Under the pieces are notes generated by a model, which saw only the letters and a program-made list of their open reading frames with translations, was not told the origin of the DNA and did no database searches. Shown here piece by piece: positions 1 to 10,019 of a stretch of 64,000 nt of DNA (position 1 is the first letter of the stretch; each line of letters begins with the position of its first letter). A program made the translations under genes and the position numbers. The stretch is from Candidatus Omnitrophota bacterium (GTDB lineage: Bacteria > Omnitrophota > Gorgyraeia > Gygaellales > Profunditerraquicolaceae). The stretch is taken from assembly GCA_016208765.1 (NCBI GenBank), contig JACQXK010000032.1:54385-118384 (forward strand). The letters are read 5' to 3'.

Positions 1-328
1 AATAAAAATAGCCTGCGAGGAAATTTATGATACCATCAGGCAGAAAGAACGCCGTTTCAGGATTTATCCTTTCAGTAAACCCCCTCAATTCCACTTAAGC
101 GTTGCTATGGAAGCATGGCTGCGCGGTACAAGCTTTGATAAAACTATCCGCCTTACCGATACTGATGAAGGGGAACTTGTGCGCTATTTCAGGATGAGCG
201 TGCAGATCCTGCGCGAGATTTATGCCTCTGCTGCCTGTTCGCAATCCTTAAAAGACAGGATCAAAGAGACAAACCGCATGATTAACCGCGATGTAGTTGA
301 TGCAGAAAAACAACTACGCGAAGGTTAA
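1..328 (+). CDS. 3' end of a Ski2/HelY-like DEAD/DEAH helicase (DSHCT C-terminal domain); gene starts upstream of the window
   Basis: The reading frame is open from base 2 of the window. The tail ...AMEAWLRGTSFDKTIRLTDTDEGELVRYFRMSVQILREIY... matches the DSHCT domain of Mtr4/Ski2/HelY helicases. The stop codon ends at 328. Confidence 0.5.
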   Translation, partial: IKIACEEIYDTIRQKERRFRIYPFSKPPQFHLSVAMEAWLRGTSFDKTIRLTDTDEGELVRYFRMSVQILREIYASAACSQSLKDRIKETNRMINRDVVDAEKQLREG

Positions 329-627
329 ACCCGCGGGTTAAAATCCCACCGGCATTCCTGCATACATACGCAAAGCCTGCAGGAAAGTTAATCTTTGTCT
401 GTGTTGAGTTCTTCTTACTTTTCTGTGTGCGTGACGATGCAATCTTCTCATTTTACCTCCATTACTAAGCTTGTTTTAAGCTTGTTAAAAACATCCCTGT
501 ATACATTCTTATAACATTTAGAAATCCAACTGGCTTTTTATGACGAGTATACCTTCGGGTTGCCTTACGCACTCCCCTATGTTGCTTTCTCATCTCTCCT
601 CCTTCCTATTGGCGTGCAGCCATGTTA

Positions 628-745
628 CACCCGGCCTTAAAGGATAGGCCGGTGTGCGCTTAGACACACTACACACCCCGCCCTATAGGATGGGCGGGTG
701 TCTTGCCTTCTGTTGCACCCAATCCTATCGGATGGATTGGTGTGC
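628..745. repeat. Three tandem ~30-nt GC-rich hairpins of shared design: stem CACCC..CC / GG..GGTGTG with a TAnnGGAT loop
   Basis: Direct reading: cacccggccttaaaggataggccggtgtg, acaccccgccctataggatgggcgggtgt and gcacccaatcctatcggatggattggtgtgc, spaced ~43 nt apart in a long non-coding gap. Confidence 0.5.
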
Positions 746-752
746 GCTTGGG

Positions 753-797
753 CGCAAAAAAAACCCTAAAGGCAAAATTCTTTAGGGTTAAAAATAA
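753..797 (-). terminator. Intrinsic terminator hairpin (ccctaaag..ctttaggg) with an 8-T tract on the minus strand and a weaker T-run on the plus strand
   Basis: Perfect 8-bp stem with an 8-nt loop. It is flanked by A8 upstream on the plus strand (T8 downstream when read on the minus strand) and by ttaaaaat downstream on the plus strand. Confidence 0.5.
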
Positions 798-1169
798 CTT
801 CCCCTTTTGGCAGCCCCTCTGCCCCCCCATATTATAGGTAAGGACAGGTAGCTTTGCCTCGCCGTAAAACTTAGCGAGTCCGCCACGTTTTGTGGCGGAG
901 CCCCCGGGTTACCCCGGGTTTGCCTTTTCAGTAGGTTCATCCCTACACCAATCGGTGTAGGGCTAAATTGTCAAAATTACAAGCTAAGAGAAGTATGCCA
1001 TATTTTTGACAAATTTCAAGGGTAAATCTTTTCTTTCTGTAACCGGTCAGTAAACGGGGGTAGATATTGTCATGCCCGCGAAATCCCCGCTTTCGCGGGG
1101 AGGCACCCAGGCGTTCCCGTAGCTGGATTCCCGCTTACGCGGGAATGACTTAGCCCAGTAACTAACCGG

Positions 1170-2135
1170 TTACTTCTTTCTCAATTTAACTTCTTTAAGA
1201 TAGTCCAAAAGTATCTTTTTATGATCAAAAGCAAAATCCAGCTTTTCAATTTCGCTTTTTTTAATTATTTTTAATCCGGCAGCATCATCTCCGGCCCTGG
1301 GATTTCCCTTAACCTTGGCAATAAAAGCTGTGCCGATCGTATGAAAACGCGGGTCGCGCTTAGGGTCAGAGTAGGTATGGAATTGCCTTAATTCAACAAC
1401 ATCAAGGTTTGTTTCCTCTTTGACCTCCCTTATCACCGCATGCTCAAGGCTCTCACCATAATCCACAAAACCACCGGGAAGCGCCAGGCCAAACGGCGGA
1501 TTACTCCTTTCAATAACAACAATCCCGCCATCCCCGCCTGCGGGCGAAGCAGGAATTTCAATAAGCGCATCAACCGTGCTAAAAGGGCCCTGCTGGAGCT
1601 TATTCACAATGTGCTCTAAATATGAAACAACGCCTTTATTAAACACATTAAATGCCTCTTTATCAAATAAACAGATAATTATTTCTTTTATTTCAGTTTT
1701 GTCTTCCCTTAAATGGCGAAAAATCTCCTGTGACATAATTTTTGCAGCTGCCAATAAAGGATACCCCCCCACGCCACAGCCTAACGCCGGAAAGGCAATT
1801 GAAGAAATCCTTAATTTTTGCGCTAACTTTAAAGCATTCCTGGCAGCATCTCGTATTTTAATTTCGTCGGTCTTATGATCAAGGCCCATAGTTGCAGCAT
1901 GAATTACATATTTTGCCTTAAGGCTTCCTGCCTGAGTTGCCAAGGCCTCTCCAATTTGAATCGGCCCTTTTTTAACAGCCTCATCCTCAATGGCTTTGCC
2001 GCCTTTTCGCTTTATGGCACCAGCAACCCCGCCGCCCATAATTAACTTATTATTTGCGGCATTAACAATAGCATCAACTTTTAATTCCGTAATATCACCT
2101 TGAACAATTTTAATTTCAGTATTATTTATTTTCAT
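1170..2135 (-). CDS. Macro domain (ADP-ribose / O-acetyl-ADP-ribose processing) fused to a C-terminal NUDIX hydrolase
   Basis: N-terminus: [34 protein letters not shown]...IHAATMG, a typical macro/Appr-1-p fold signature. C-terminus carries a Nudix box: [24 protein letters not shown]. Confidence 0.7.
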   Translation of the reverse strand: MKINNTEIKIVQGDITELKVDAIVNAANNKLIMGGGVAGAIKRKGGKAIEDEAVKKGPIQIGEALATQAGSLKAKYVIHAATMGLDHKTDEIKIRDAARNALKLAQKLRISSIAFPALGCGVGGYPLLAAAKIMSQEIFRHLREDKTEIKEIIICLFDKEAFNVFNKGVVSYLEHIVNKLQQGPFSTVDALIEIPASPAGGDGGIVVIERSNPPFGLALPGGFVDYGESLEHAVIREVKEETNLDVVELRQFHTYSDPKRDPRFHTIGTAFIAKVKGNPRAGDDAAGLKIIKKSEIEKLDFAFDHKKILLDYLKEVKLRKK

Positions 2136-2148
2136 AATTAGCTCCTCA

Positions 2149-2838
2149 TCAAATCTTCTCCAGTATCAGCTTCTTTTCTTTTAAGTCAACTTTAAAATTA
2201 AACCTCTTTAAAAATGACATCCCCAAAAGCCCGTCGCCAATATCTCCTGCTTCATCAATAATTAACGCGGCATCCACATTTTTTGCCTCAAGATTCTGCA
2301 CTTTTATGCTTCTAATTGTAATGTGCTTTGCCCTGACCTTTCTGCCATCTGCCAATTGCATCTGGACATCAGGAATAAAACGATCCGGATTAAACCCCAA
2401 CTCTTGGGCCACTTTCCTGCTGATTAAAACTAAAGATGCTCCGGTATCCAGAATAAAACGCACAGAAACTTTGTCATCTAACAACGCATCAACCAAAATA
2501 CCCGCCTCATTATGCCGCAGATCAACTGCCTTAGGTTGACGCTCCTCTTCCTCCTGTTGTCGCAGGATTCTATTATTAGTGGCTATTTTCTGCTCCTGCC
2601 ATTTTTTCCGCAGTAGCTGATTCTTTTCTGCAGAAGACAATTTTGTTTCTTTTACGCTATTCTTACCAAACTTAACCACTCCTGAAGAAACCTCAAGCTC
2701 AATAACTTCTAAATTATCTTTTTTTATTATCCCTTCCAGGCAGCGGCCGTTATTTAAACATACAGTATCAGCATAAGAAAAATTATAAGACAATAATAAT
2801 ACCGTAATAACAAAGATTGTCCGCTTCACTATAGTCAT
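2149..2838 (-). CDS. Secreted retropepsin-like (clan AA) aspartic protease
   Basis: N-terminal signal peptide. D-T-G active-site motif ([12 protein letters not shown]) in a ~100-aa C-terminal domain typical of bacterial retroviral-type aspartyl proteases. Confidence 0.6.
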   Translation of the reverse strand: MTIVKRTIFVITVLLLSYNFSYADTVCLNNGRCLEGIIKKDNLEVIELEVSSGVVKFGKNSVKETKLSSAEKNQLLRKKWQEQKIATNNRILRQQEEEERQPKAVDLRHNEAGILVDALLDDKVSVRFILDTGASLVLISRKVAQELGFNPDRFIPDVQMQLADGRKVRAKHITIRSIKVQNLEAKNVDAALIIDEAGDIGDGLLGMSFLKRFNFKVDLKEKKLILEKI

Positions 2839-2855
2839 GATTTTCCTGGATAAGA

Positions 2856-3503
2856 TTACCGAAACTGCCTGACCCCAACTTTTTTACAAGACTTATTCAC
2901 GCTACACCTTGAACACCAAGGAGAAACCGGCAAACACAAATTCTGTCCAAAGGTCACTAAAATGGTATTTAACTCAATCCAAAGCTTCTTTGGAACAATT
3001 CTTTCAAGCGCCGCTTCTGTTTCTTCGGGTATTTTTGTTTTTACCCACCCAAGGCGATTTGAAATTCTGTGCACATGGGTGTCTACGCAAATTGCAGGGA
3101 TATTAAACCCCAGCCCCAACACTAAATTTGCGGTTTTCCTGCCAACGCCCTTAAATTCCAAGAGCCTCTTAATATCCCCCGGGACTTTCCCCTCATAAAC
3201 GTCATTGATCTTCCTGCTTATTTCTAATATTGTTTTGGCCTTGTTACGAAAGAATCCAACAGGATAAATTAAGTTTTGGATTCTTTCTAAAGACAACTTT
3301 GCCATGTCAGCCGGATTATCCGCAACACAAAATAACCTGCGGCTTGCTTCAATGGTAGTTTTATCTTTAGTGCGCAGGCTCAGGATACAGGAGATTAAAA
3401 CCCGATATGGATCGCGGCTATGAGAAATCTGCGTTACCGAGGGAACAGTAAACTCCCTTGACTGCTTTTTAATTAAATTAATAACTCTTAAAACATCTTT
3501 CAT
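2856..3503 (-). CDS. nth: Endonuclease III family HhH-GPD DNA glycosylase with a C-terminal 4Fe-4S Cys cluster
   Basis: HhH-GPD motif (LLEFKGVGRKTANLVLGLGFNIPAICVDTHVHRIS) and a C-terminal CX6CX2CX5C cluster. Confidence 0.75.
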   Translation of the reverse strand: MKDVLRVINLIKKQSREFTVPSVTQISHSRDPYRVLISCILSLRTKDKTTIEASRRLFCVADNPADMAKLSLERIQNLIYPVGFFRNKAKTILEISRKINDVYEGKVPGDIKRLLEFKGVGRKTANLVLGLGFNIPAICVDTHVHRISNRLGWVKTKIPEETEAALERIVPKKLWIELNTILVTFGQNLCLPVSPWCSRCSVNKSCKKVGVRQFR

Positions 3504-3559
3504 ATAAAAACAAAAACACCCTCACCTAAAAAGGCAAGGGTGTTTTGAATAAACTCCTC

Positions 3560-4597
3560 TTATATCTGCGCCTGGATCCTAAGCTCGGTATAATAACCAT
3601 TCTTCAAACTAACCTTACCAAGGCTATCTGTATATTGCAGTTTACGGTTAAAAGACCCGCCGGCTGCAACAGAAGCCTGAAAATATTTGTTTAATGTAAA
3701 TTTCAATCCTCCGCCCACATGCACCTCGTCATAACACAGCTTTGCATGCTGATGCTGAGGATCTTTATTGACCAAAAATTCAGAAGTAAAATTAGTCCCT
3801 CCTTCTGCATACACCGTCCACTTATTATTAAAAGCATAAGAGATATTAGGCCGGCTGGGGACCAAATCAAAGGTCCATTTCTCATTTGGCTTATAGATAA
3901 AACCGGCAATAGGCAATACAGGAGTTTCATAATCAGGAAATGTTGCCACACCTAAAACAAATGTCCATTTTTCATTAGGCTGGTAAATAGCAAACGTCTG
4001 CACCGGCATACGAAAAGCCGCGGAACGAAAAGCCCATGTATCGGTGTAATATGACGGATTCAATGCAACACGAAAGTAAGTTTTTTCAAACCAGAAAAAT
4101 GGCAGGGTTGTTTCAATGCCAAACTGCATACCGATTAAATGTTGCGGCAAGTAAACTTCTGTTGAGTTGTTTAAGCCGATATACGTATGAACAAGGCTAA
4201 GCTCAATCGGCAATTTATTAAAAAGTTTAAAATCAAGGTCATATTCTGCTCCGGTATCAATAATACCAACCTTACCGGGCTGATTATGCACTTTGGTTGT
4301 TGGATAATATTTTCCATAGGTATCAAAACTGCTGGTTACCTTTGCCTCCTCCTGCTCTTTTTCCGGGACAGTAATAAGCTGCTTGAGCCTCTTCGGATAC
4401 ATATCATTCTGCTCAACAACCTGCGCTGCTTCAGCTTCGGGTGTGATCTCTATGGAATCCTGTTTACCTGCTGCCTCAGTAAGAGCCTCTTCTTGAGCCT
4501 CAGCCCGTGCTTCGGTTTGTGCAAAAGCCCGGCCAATCAATAAAGATGAAAACATCACAAATCCAAACATAATTATTCCAAAATAACTTTTACGCAT
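3560..4597 (-). CDS. Secreted hypothetical protein, possibly an outer-membrane beta-barrel
   Basis: Start placed at MRKSYFG, preceded by a GGAG ribosome-binding site. Signal peptide present. Tyr/Phe-rich alternating segments with no recognisable catalytic motif. Confidence 0.35.
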   Translation of the reverse strand: MRKSYFGIIMFGFVMFSSLLIGRAFAQTEARAEAQEEALTEAAGKQDSIEITPEAEAAQVVEQNDMYPKRLKQLITVPEKEQEEAKVTSSFDTYGKYYPTTKVHNQPGKVGIIDTGAEYDLDFKLFNKLPIELSLVHTYIGLNNSTEVYLPQHLIGMQFGIETTLPFFWFEKTYFRVALNPSYYTDTWAFRSAAFRMPVQTFAIYQPNEKWTFVLGVATFPDYETPVLPIAGFIYKPNEKWTFDLVPSRPNISYAFNNKWTVYAEGGTNFTSEFLVNKDPQHQHAKLCYDEVHVGGGLKFTLNKYFQASVAAGGSFNRKLQYTDSLGKVSLKNGYYTELRIQAQI

Positions 4598-4675
4598 AAA
4601 TTCTCCTTTCTTTAAAATATAACAATATAATATATTACCTATAATAGTTGTCAAGCACAAAACTGACTGATACGA

Positions 4676-7168
4676 TCAATGTGGTATGCTTTTTAGAAAA
4701 GTATCCGCCAAGCCTTTAAATATATCAAAATAAGCAGTTTTAAACTTAATCTTTGGCTTTTGCAATGTTTCAGTAATCTCAATAATAGCAAACTTCTCAG
4801 CCTGGCCCAAAATTGCTGTAGCCACATCCCTATATGTGCCGGTTAAAGGGACCATCTGACTAAGCACTTCCACGCTTAGCTGAGCATTAATAGAGCTATC
4901 AAACCCGATCTTCACCGGGCCAAAAAGATTGGCAATATTGCTTCTTAATACCAAATTCTCGGTGCTAACATACTTATCTTTAACCACAAACCCGCAATCG
5001 CCTTCACTAAACGCAATATTTGCGAAATCCTTAACAAACAACAATGAACCAATACCCTGGAATAAATCCAGTTGCCAAAGCTTGCCATCTTTAATGTTTA
5101 TCTTCCCCGAACCGTTAACCATGGCTAAATCATTGAGAAAACCGCTTAGCTTCGCAGAAAACTTGATAGTTCCCGAAATATCCTTATCTTTTAAAGAAGT
5201 ATCCAGTTTCAATTTCTCAATTTTTAAGCCGCTTAAATTAACGTCAAACCAATAAGGATAATTTGTTGAATTGAGGTTAATGCTGCCGCTTGAGTCAAAA
5301 ACTCCATCGTATAAATCTAAATGCAGCTGCGGCACATTAATAATACCTGCAGACTGGTTATAATTTAAAATTAATCCTCCGGCAGAAAATCCTGCGCAGG
5401 AAACAGAAGCGCTGGTCAATGCCGCATCTACCAAACAATTCTTCCAATCCAGCGGATTTCCGCGAAAAACAAATTGCCCGGACACACGGCCCTTGGGCTT
5501 TAGCTTATCCAATTGCGGCTGAAATTTCTTAACCACCTCTTTTATGTTGCTAAGATTGACATCAAGGGTTCCGTTAATATCTATATCCGGGCTGGCAGCA
5601 TCTTCATTGTTAACTGTGCCGGTGGCCAAGAAATCAGAATCCAAATATTTCCCGGAAAGTTTATTTATTTTAATTAATTTGTTATTTATTGAGAACTCTG
5701 AATCCAGATTTAGGTTATCTGAGGCCAGGCCCAGCGCAACTAAGGGAGTTTTAAAATTATCAATCTTGCCGTTAGTTTTATATGAAACCCCTGAAAAACT
5801 AAAATACAGCTCCTGCCATGTTGCCTGATCCAACCCAAAGTCAACCCGGCCTGAAATATTCATAAAGGGGTCTTTAATTTTGTCAAGCTTAACAACTGCC
5901 TGAGAAATATTTAGCTCTCCCTTCACAGGAAGGCTTCCTTCAACAGGAAGCTTGGTGGAAAGATTTACCGATAGTTTTCCTCTCCCGTTAATGGTTGCCG
6001 GAAGGTTAACTTTTAGTTTTTCTTTCAAGGTTTTTTGCAGAACAGCCAAATCCAATACTGAAGAAATATTCAAATCCAGATATGGATTGCTAAAATCAGC
6101 CAACTTTACTTTCCCGCTAAGCGGGATTTCCCAAATGTTTGCCAAAAGGCTTTCACAAGAAATACCGGAATTACTAAAAACAAAGTCTCCATTAATAGAA
6201 TTTATCTTTTCCACTGTTTCTACCCCTGAAACAGATGAATTGAGGATATTAGCCTTCCCGGAATAACTCAAGTTTTTATCCTTAAAGTTATAGGACAATA
6301 AAGCCTTTACCTGAGAATTAGAATAAAACAGGAATTTGTCTTTCCCTGCTATCAAATCCTGAATATCAGTGGCAAGATCGGAATTTAAAAAGCTATACTT
6401 CAATCTTAAGTCTAATGCCGCGGTAGAATTAATTACGCCGCTTGAAATATTAAACCCGGTTTGCCTGTAATAAACAGAAAAATCCTGCGGCTTAAAGCCT
6501 GTAAGCGAAACTTTTGCCAAAAGCCTGCTGTCGGGTATCTTAAAATCACCAACAATCTTTAATTTAGTAGCGGGCGCGGATGGAATTTCCGCGCTAACGC
6601 TAAACCTTACATTAAAAGGCAAAGCCAGATACGCTACAAGGTCAATATTCTCAATGTTCTTCTGCAACATAACAGGCAATGCCTCGTCGCGAAAAGCAAG
6701 TTTACCGTTATTTATGTTTATGCGCGAGATTACCACATCAAAACCCCCTTCTTTCTGCCCCTGCCTTTGTTTTGGCAAAAGAAAATCCTGAAAGCTAAAC
6801 GTATTGTCTTTATTGCGCACTATCAAAATTTCCGGATTTTCAAAGCTTACCAGCGGAACTATTATTTTTTTCTTTAAAATAGGAAACGGCAGGAAAATAC
6901 ATGAAGCTTCTTTAACTTTTAATATCGCGCCTGAATCGTCTGAAACCACCAGATTATACAGAACAAAACCTTTAAAGATATTTATTCTTACTGCGTCAAG
7001 CTTAACAAATTTGCCTGTTTCTTGCTCAATACCCTTTATAACCAAAGCCTTTATTTTTGTAGGCAAGTACACATTATTTAAATAGATAATTGCAGCAGTT
7101 ATCAAGAAACTAATGGCTAAAACAATTAACACCATTATCTTAAGGAACTTCTTAAAAGATTTCTTCAT
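4676..7168 (-). CDS. AsmA-family (TamB/AsmA-like) envelope protein
   Basis: 830 aa with a single N-terminal transmembrane helix, then a long beta-rich, Asn/Ser/Gly-rich repetitive body typical of the AsmA/DUF748 family. The adjacent secreted beta-rich protein may be its partner. Confidence 0.5.
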   Translation of the reverse strand: MKKSFKKFLKIMVLIVLAISFLITAAIIYLNNVYLPTKIKALVIKGIEQETGKFVKLDAVRINIFKGFVLYNLVVSDDSGAILKVKEASCIFLPFPILKKKIIVPLVSFENPEILIVRNKDNTFSFQDFLLPKQRQGQKEGGFDVVISRININNGKLAFRDEALPVMLQKNIENIDLVAYLALPFNVRFSVSAEIPSAPATKLKIVGDFKIPDSRLLAKVSLTGFKPQDFSVYYRQTGFNISSGVINSTAALDLRLKYSFLNSDLATDIQDLIAGKDKFLFYSNSQVKALLSYNFKDKNLSYSGKANILNSSVSGVETVEKINSINGDFVFSNSGISCESLLANIWEIPLSGKVKLADFSNPYLDLNISSVLDLAVLQKTLKEKLKVNLPATINGRGKLSVNLSTKLPVEGSLPVKGELNISQAVVKLDKIKDPFMNISGRVDFGLDQATWQELYFSFSGVSYKTNGKIDNFKTPLVALGLASDNLNLDSEFSINNKLIKINKLSGKYLDSDFLATGTVNNEDAASPDIDINGTLDVNLSNIKEVVKKFQPQLDKLKPKGRVSGQFVFRGNPLDWKNCLVDAALTSASVSCAGFSAGGLILNYNQSAGIINVPQLHLDLYDGVFDSSGSINLNSTNYPYWFDVNLSGLKIEKLKLDTSLKDKDISGTIKFSAKLSGFLNDLAMVNGSGKINIKDGKLWQLDLFQGIGSLLFVKDFANIAFSEGDCGFVVKDKYVSTENLVLRSNIANLFGPVKIGFDSSINAQLSVEVLSQMVPLTGTYRDVATAILGQAEKFAIIEITETLQKPKIKFKTAYFDIFKGLADTFLKSIPH

Positions 7169-8610
7169 TTTTGTTTTTTGACAATTTTTTCTGCCGCCTT
7201 AAACGCCTCTTCTTTCGTTTTAACCTTTCCGATCGCCTGCAATTCTTCAATTTCCTTAAGGATCTTTCCGACCAAAACAGAAGGGTTCAATTTAAATCTT
7301 CTCATCAATTCATTCCCGTTAATAAGGCGCTCAAACTTTTTTTCTTTTAATCTTCTGAAATATTCTTTAATCAGGCCAAAACATACGATTTCATGCTGAA
7401 TGCTTGATTTTTTTGTGGATAACCTGCCTAAGGTAGAACGCTGGTCGGCAACAGATAAAAGCAATACAGCCACGGCTTCGTTTTGTGTATCACGGAAATA
7501 CCTGAATATGGCACGCTTGCTTGGCTGCTTGAAATCACCCAGATAACCCGGGCGCAGGTGCCATAGCACCATTTTATGTAAGGCATTAATTTCATCCCTG
7601 GATAATTTCAGGCGTTTGGCAATGCCTTCTGCGATATCTAAGCCCACTCGCTCATGGCCGTGGAATTTAATTTTATTGCCAAAGCGGCGCTTTGCCTTGG
7701 GTTTTCCGATATCATGCAAAATAGCAGCCAGCTTTAAGAGCTGGCTGCGTTTCCTGTCTCCGGATAAATATTCCCTAAGGTAATCCTGGACATCTTTATT
7801 ATTTTCTAACTCTTTGGATAACCTCTCAAACTGTTTTGCTGTCTCAAGGCTGTGCTTCCAGACATCAAGATGATGATACGGCCCCTGATTAACTCCCCGC
7901 ATCAGGTTTATCTCAGGGATAATTATCTCTAATATCTTTAGTTTATCCAGGGTTGCTAAATACTGGTAGGCGTTCTTGGTATCAAATACTTTGAATAACT
8001 CGTCGCGGATGCGCTCAAAAGAAACCACTGAAAGCTTTCTTCTTTCTTTCTGGGCAAGGGCAAGAGTCTTATTCTCAATCTTAAAACCCAGCAGGGCTGA
8101 AAAGCTAAAAGCACGCAGGATCCTCAGAGGGTCCTCATCAAAAGATTTTTTGTTAGCCACCCTGATTATTCCGGATTTAATATCTTTCCTGGCAGAAAAG
8201 GGGTCAAGAATAAAATTACCAATATTTATTGCAGAAAAAATATCCTTTAAATCCAGAGCCAGGGTATTAATCGTAAAATCCCGGTGCAAAAGGTCATCTT
8301 CTAAATCCCTGCCCCGGAAATCCGTAAAATCAAAAGTATAGGCCTTGCCGCCGGACTTTTTAACCACCCGGCAGGCGCCATGTTCCTTATCCAAGACCAC
8401 AAAACCCGCGCGCATTTCTCTGGCAAGTTTTCTTCCAAAATTAATTGAACCTTTTTTTATGGCAAAATCAAAATCAGGGTTTATCTTCTGCCGGCCCAAT
8501 AAATAGTCGCGAAGAAATCCACCGACAAGAAAAAGCCTTAGCTTCTTCTTGACGGCACTGTTGTAAATTATTTTCAGCAGATTAAGGTCCTGGGAGGAAA
8601 GTTTAATCAC
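7165..8610 (-). CDS. cca: CCA tRNA nucleotidyltransferase / poly(A) polymerase family enzyme with an HD domain
   Basis: N-terminal PolA head motif (LFLVGGFLRDYLLGR..DFDFA) and an HD phosphohydrolase motif (ILHDIGKP). Confidence 0.8.
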   Translation of the reverse strand: MIKLSSQDLNLLKIIYNSAVKKKLRLFLVGGFLRDYLLGRQKINPDFDFAIKKGSINFGRKLAREMRAGFVVLDKEHGACRVVKKSGGKAYTFDFTDFRGRDLEDDLLHRDFTINTLALDLKDIFSAINIGNFILDPFSARKDIKSGIIRVANKKSFDEDPLRILRAFSFSALLGFKIENKTLALAQKERRKLSVVSFERIRDELFKVFDTKNAYQYLATLDKLKILEIIIPEINLMRGVNQGPYHHLDVWKHSLETAKQFERLSKELENNKDVQDYLREYLSGDRKRSQLLKLAAILHDIGKPKAKRRFGNKIKFHGHERVGLDIAEGIAKRLKLSRDEINALHKMVLWHLRPGYLGDFKQPSKRAIFRYFRDTQNEAVAVLLLSVADQRSTLGRLSTKKSSIQHEIVCFGLIKEYFRRLKEKKFERLINGNELMRRFKLNPSVLVGKILKEIEELQAIGKVKTKEEAFKAAEKIVKKQK

Positions 8611-9017
8611 TTCTGTTTATTAAATATCTCCGACTGGCGGATAATTTCATCTTCTACAAAAATAGGCGCATGGGCCCTGACTGCCAAAGCAATGCTGTCA
8701 GAAGGCCTGGCATCAATGATCTTTTCTTTTCCCGAGGAATTCTTCAGGACGATCTTTGCATGGAAGGTTGCTTCTTCTAATTTATCAATAATGATCCTGT
8801 CAATGCTTGCCTCCAGATCAAGAATGGCTGTATGAAACAAATCGTGGGTCATTGGCCGCGGCGGCTGAAAACCGCTGATCTTAAGCTTGATTGCCGAGGC
8901 CTCAGCCAAACCAATTACTATGGGCAAAATACGCGTACCGTCTTTTTCTTTTAAAACGATCAACTGATCATGCCGTTTTTCATCAATCACAATTTTATTT
9001 AATTCCATTTCAACCAT
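8607..9017 (-). CDS. Bifunctional nuclease (BFN/DUF151) family protein
   Basis: 136 aa; the central segment PIVIGLAEASAI...PRPMTHDL resembles the BFN domain. Confidence 0.55.
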   Translation of the reverse strand: MVEMELNKIVIDEKRHDQLIVLKEKDGTRILPIVIGLAEASAIKLKISGFQPPRPMTHDLFHTAILDLEASIDRIIIDKLEEATFHAKIVLKNSSGKEKIIDARPSDSIALAVRAHAPIFVEDEIIRQSEIFNKQK

Positions 9018-9022
9018 GGCTG

Positions 9023-9532
9023 TTATTTCCTCTTTCTGTTTTTTTGTATTTTACGCTTGGGTTGTTTTTCCAATGGCTTTTCCTTGACCAAAATGCCTTT
9101 TAACTCTTCCATAAACTGCCCGACATCCTTAAACTGTCTGTACACCGAGGCAAAACGCACATATGCCACGTCATCCAATACCTTCAGGCGCTCCATCACT
9201 AATTCTCCGATACGAGTAGAAGGGACTTCGCGATCAGGTTTTTTCTGGATTTGCCTTTCTACCTGAGAAACGATTTCTTCCATTTTTTCCATGCTTACCG
9301 GCCTTTTTTCACATGCGCGAATGATGCCTGAAATAATCTTCTGGCGGTCAAAAGGCTGCCTTCGGCCGTCTCTTTTAATTACCATCAGAGAAACTTCCTC
9401 TACATATTCATAAGTAGTAAAGCGTTTTCCGCACTCAAGGCACTCGCGCCTTCTGCGCACTCCCGAACCTTCGCTTGTTGAGCGGGAATCTACTACTTTG
9501 TCTTCAGTGTAACTACAAAATGGGCATTTCAT
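9023..9532 (-). CDS. nrdR: Transcriptional repressor NrdR
   Basis: [18 protein letters not shown]...[16 protein letters not shown] zinc ribbon followed by an ATP-cone. Confidence 0.9.
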   Translation of the reverse strand: MKCPFCSYTEDKVVDSRSTSEGSGVRRRRECLECGKRFTTYEYVEEVSLMVIKRDGRRQPFDRQKIISGIIRACEKRPVSMEKMEEIVSQVERQIQKKPDREVPSTRIGELVMERLKVLDDVAYVRFASVYRQFKDVGQFMEELKGILVKEKPLEKQPKRKIQKNRKRK

Positions 9533-9545
9533 TTTTTATTATTAC

Positions 9546-10019
9546 TTACGAGTTACGGATCTTTCTAATCTTAATCTTCGCTTGTTTCAGAAATTCCATC
9601 GCCATTTTATCAGGATAACCGTCAGAAATAACAACTTCCTTGATCCCTGCGTTAATCAGCATCTTGGCGCAAATAACACAAGGTTGATTAGTAATATACA
9701 AGGTGCTGCCTTTTGTGCTTATCCCATAAAGCGCTGCCTGCAAAATAACATTTTGCTCAGCGTGCAGCCCGCGGCAAAGTTCATGGCGCTCGCCCGAAGG
9801 AATCTTTAATTTCTCCCTGATACACCCTGTGTCAAAACAATGTTTTAATCCCGAAGGAGCGCCATTATATCCGGTAGCAAGTATTTTTTTATCTTTTACC
9901 AAAACCGCCCCGACGCTGCGGCGCAGGCAAGTAACCCTTTTTGCAACCAGATGCGCAACTTCCATAAAATATTCATCCCACGTAGGCCGGGCTAAATTTA
10001 TTTTTTTCTTATTTTTCAT
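9546..10019 (-). CDS. Deoxycytidylate (dCMP) deaminase, ComEB-like
   Basis: CDA zinc motifs HAEQNV and PCVICAKML. Confidence 0.8.
   Translation of the reverse strand: MKNKKKINLARPTWDEYFMEVAHLVAKRVTCLRRSVGAVLVKDKKILATGYNGAPSGLKHCFDTGCIREKLKIPSGERHELCRGLHAEQNVILQAALYGISTKGSTLYITNQPCVICAKMLINAGIKEVVISDGYPDKMAMEFLKQAKIKIRKIRNS

Noticed and set aside
1576-1878. 100-aa plus-strand ORF
   Set aside because: It is antisense to the macro-NUDIX gene and has no support.
330-2135. Retron (msr/msd plus effector) interpretation of the structured RNA next to the macro-NUDIX gene
   Set aside because: No reverse transcriptase gene is present in the vicinity.
4187-4543. 118-aa plus-strand ORF
   Set aside because: It is antisense to the secreted beta-rich protein gene and has biased, Cys/Leu/Phe-rich composition typical of reverse-strand translation of AT-rich DNA.
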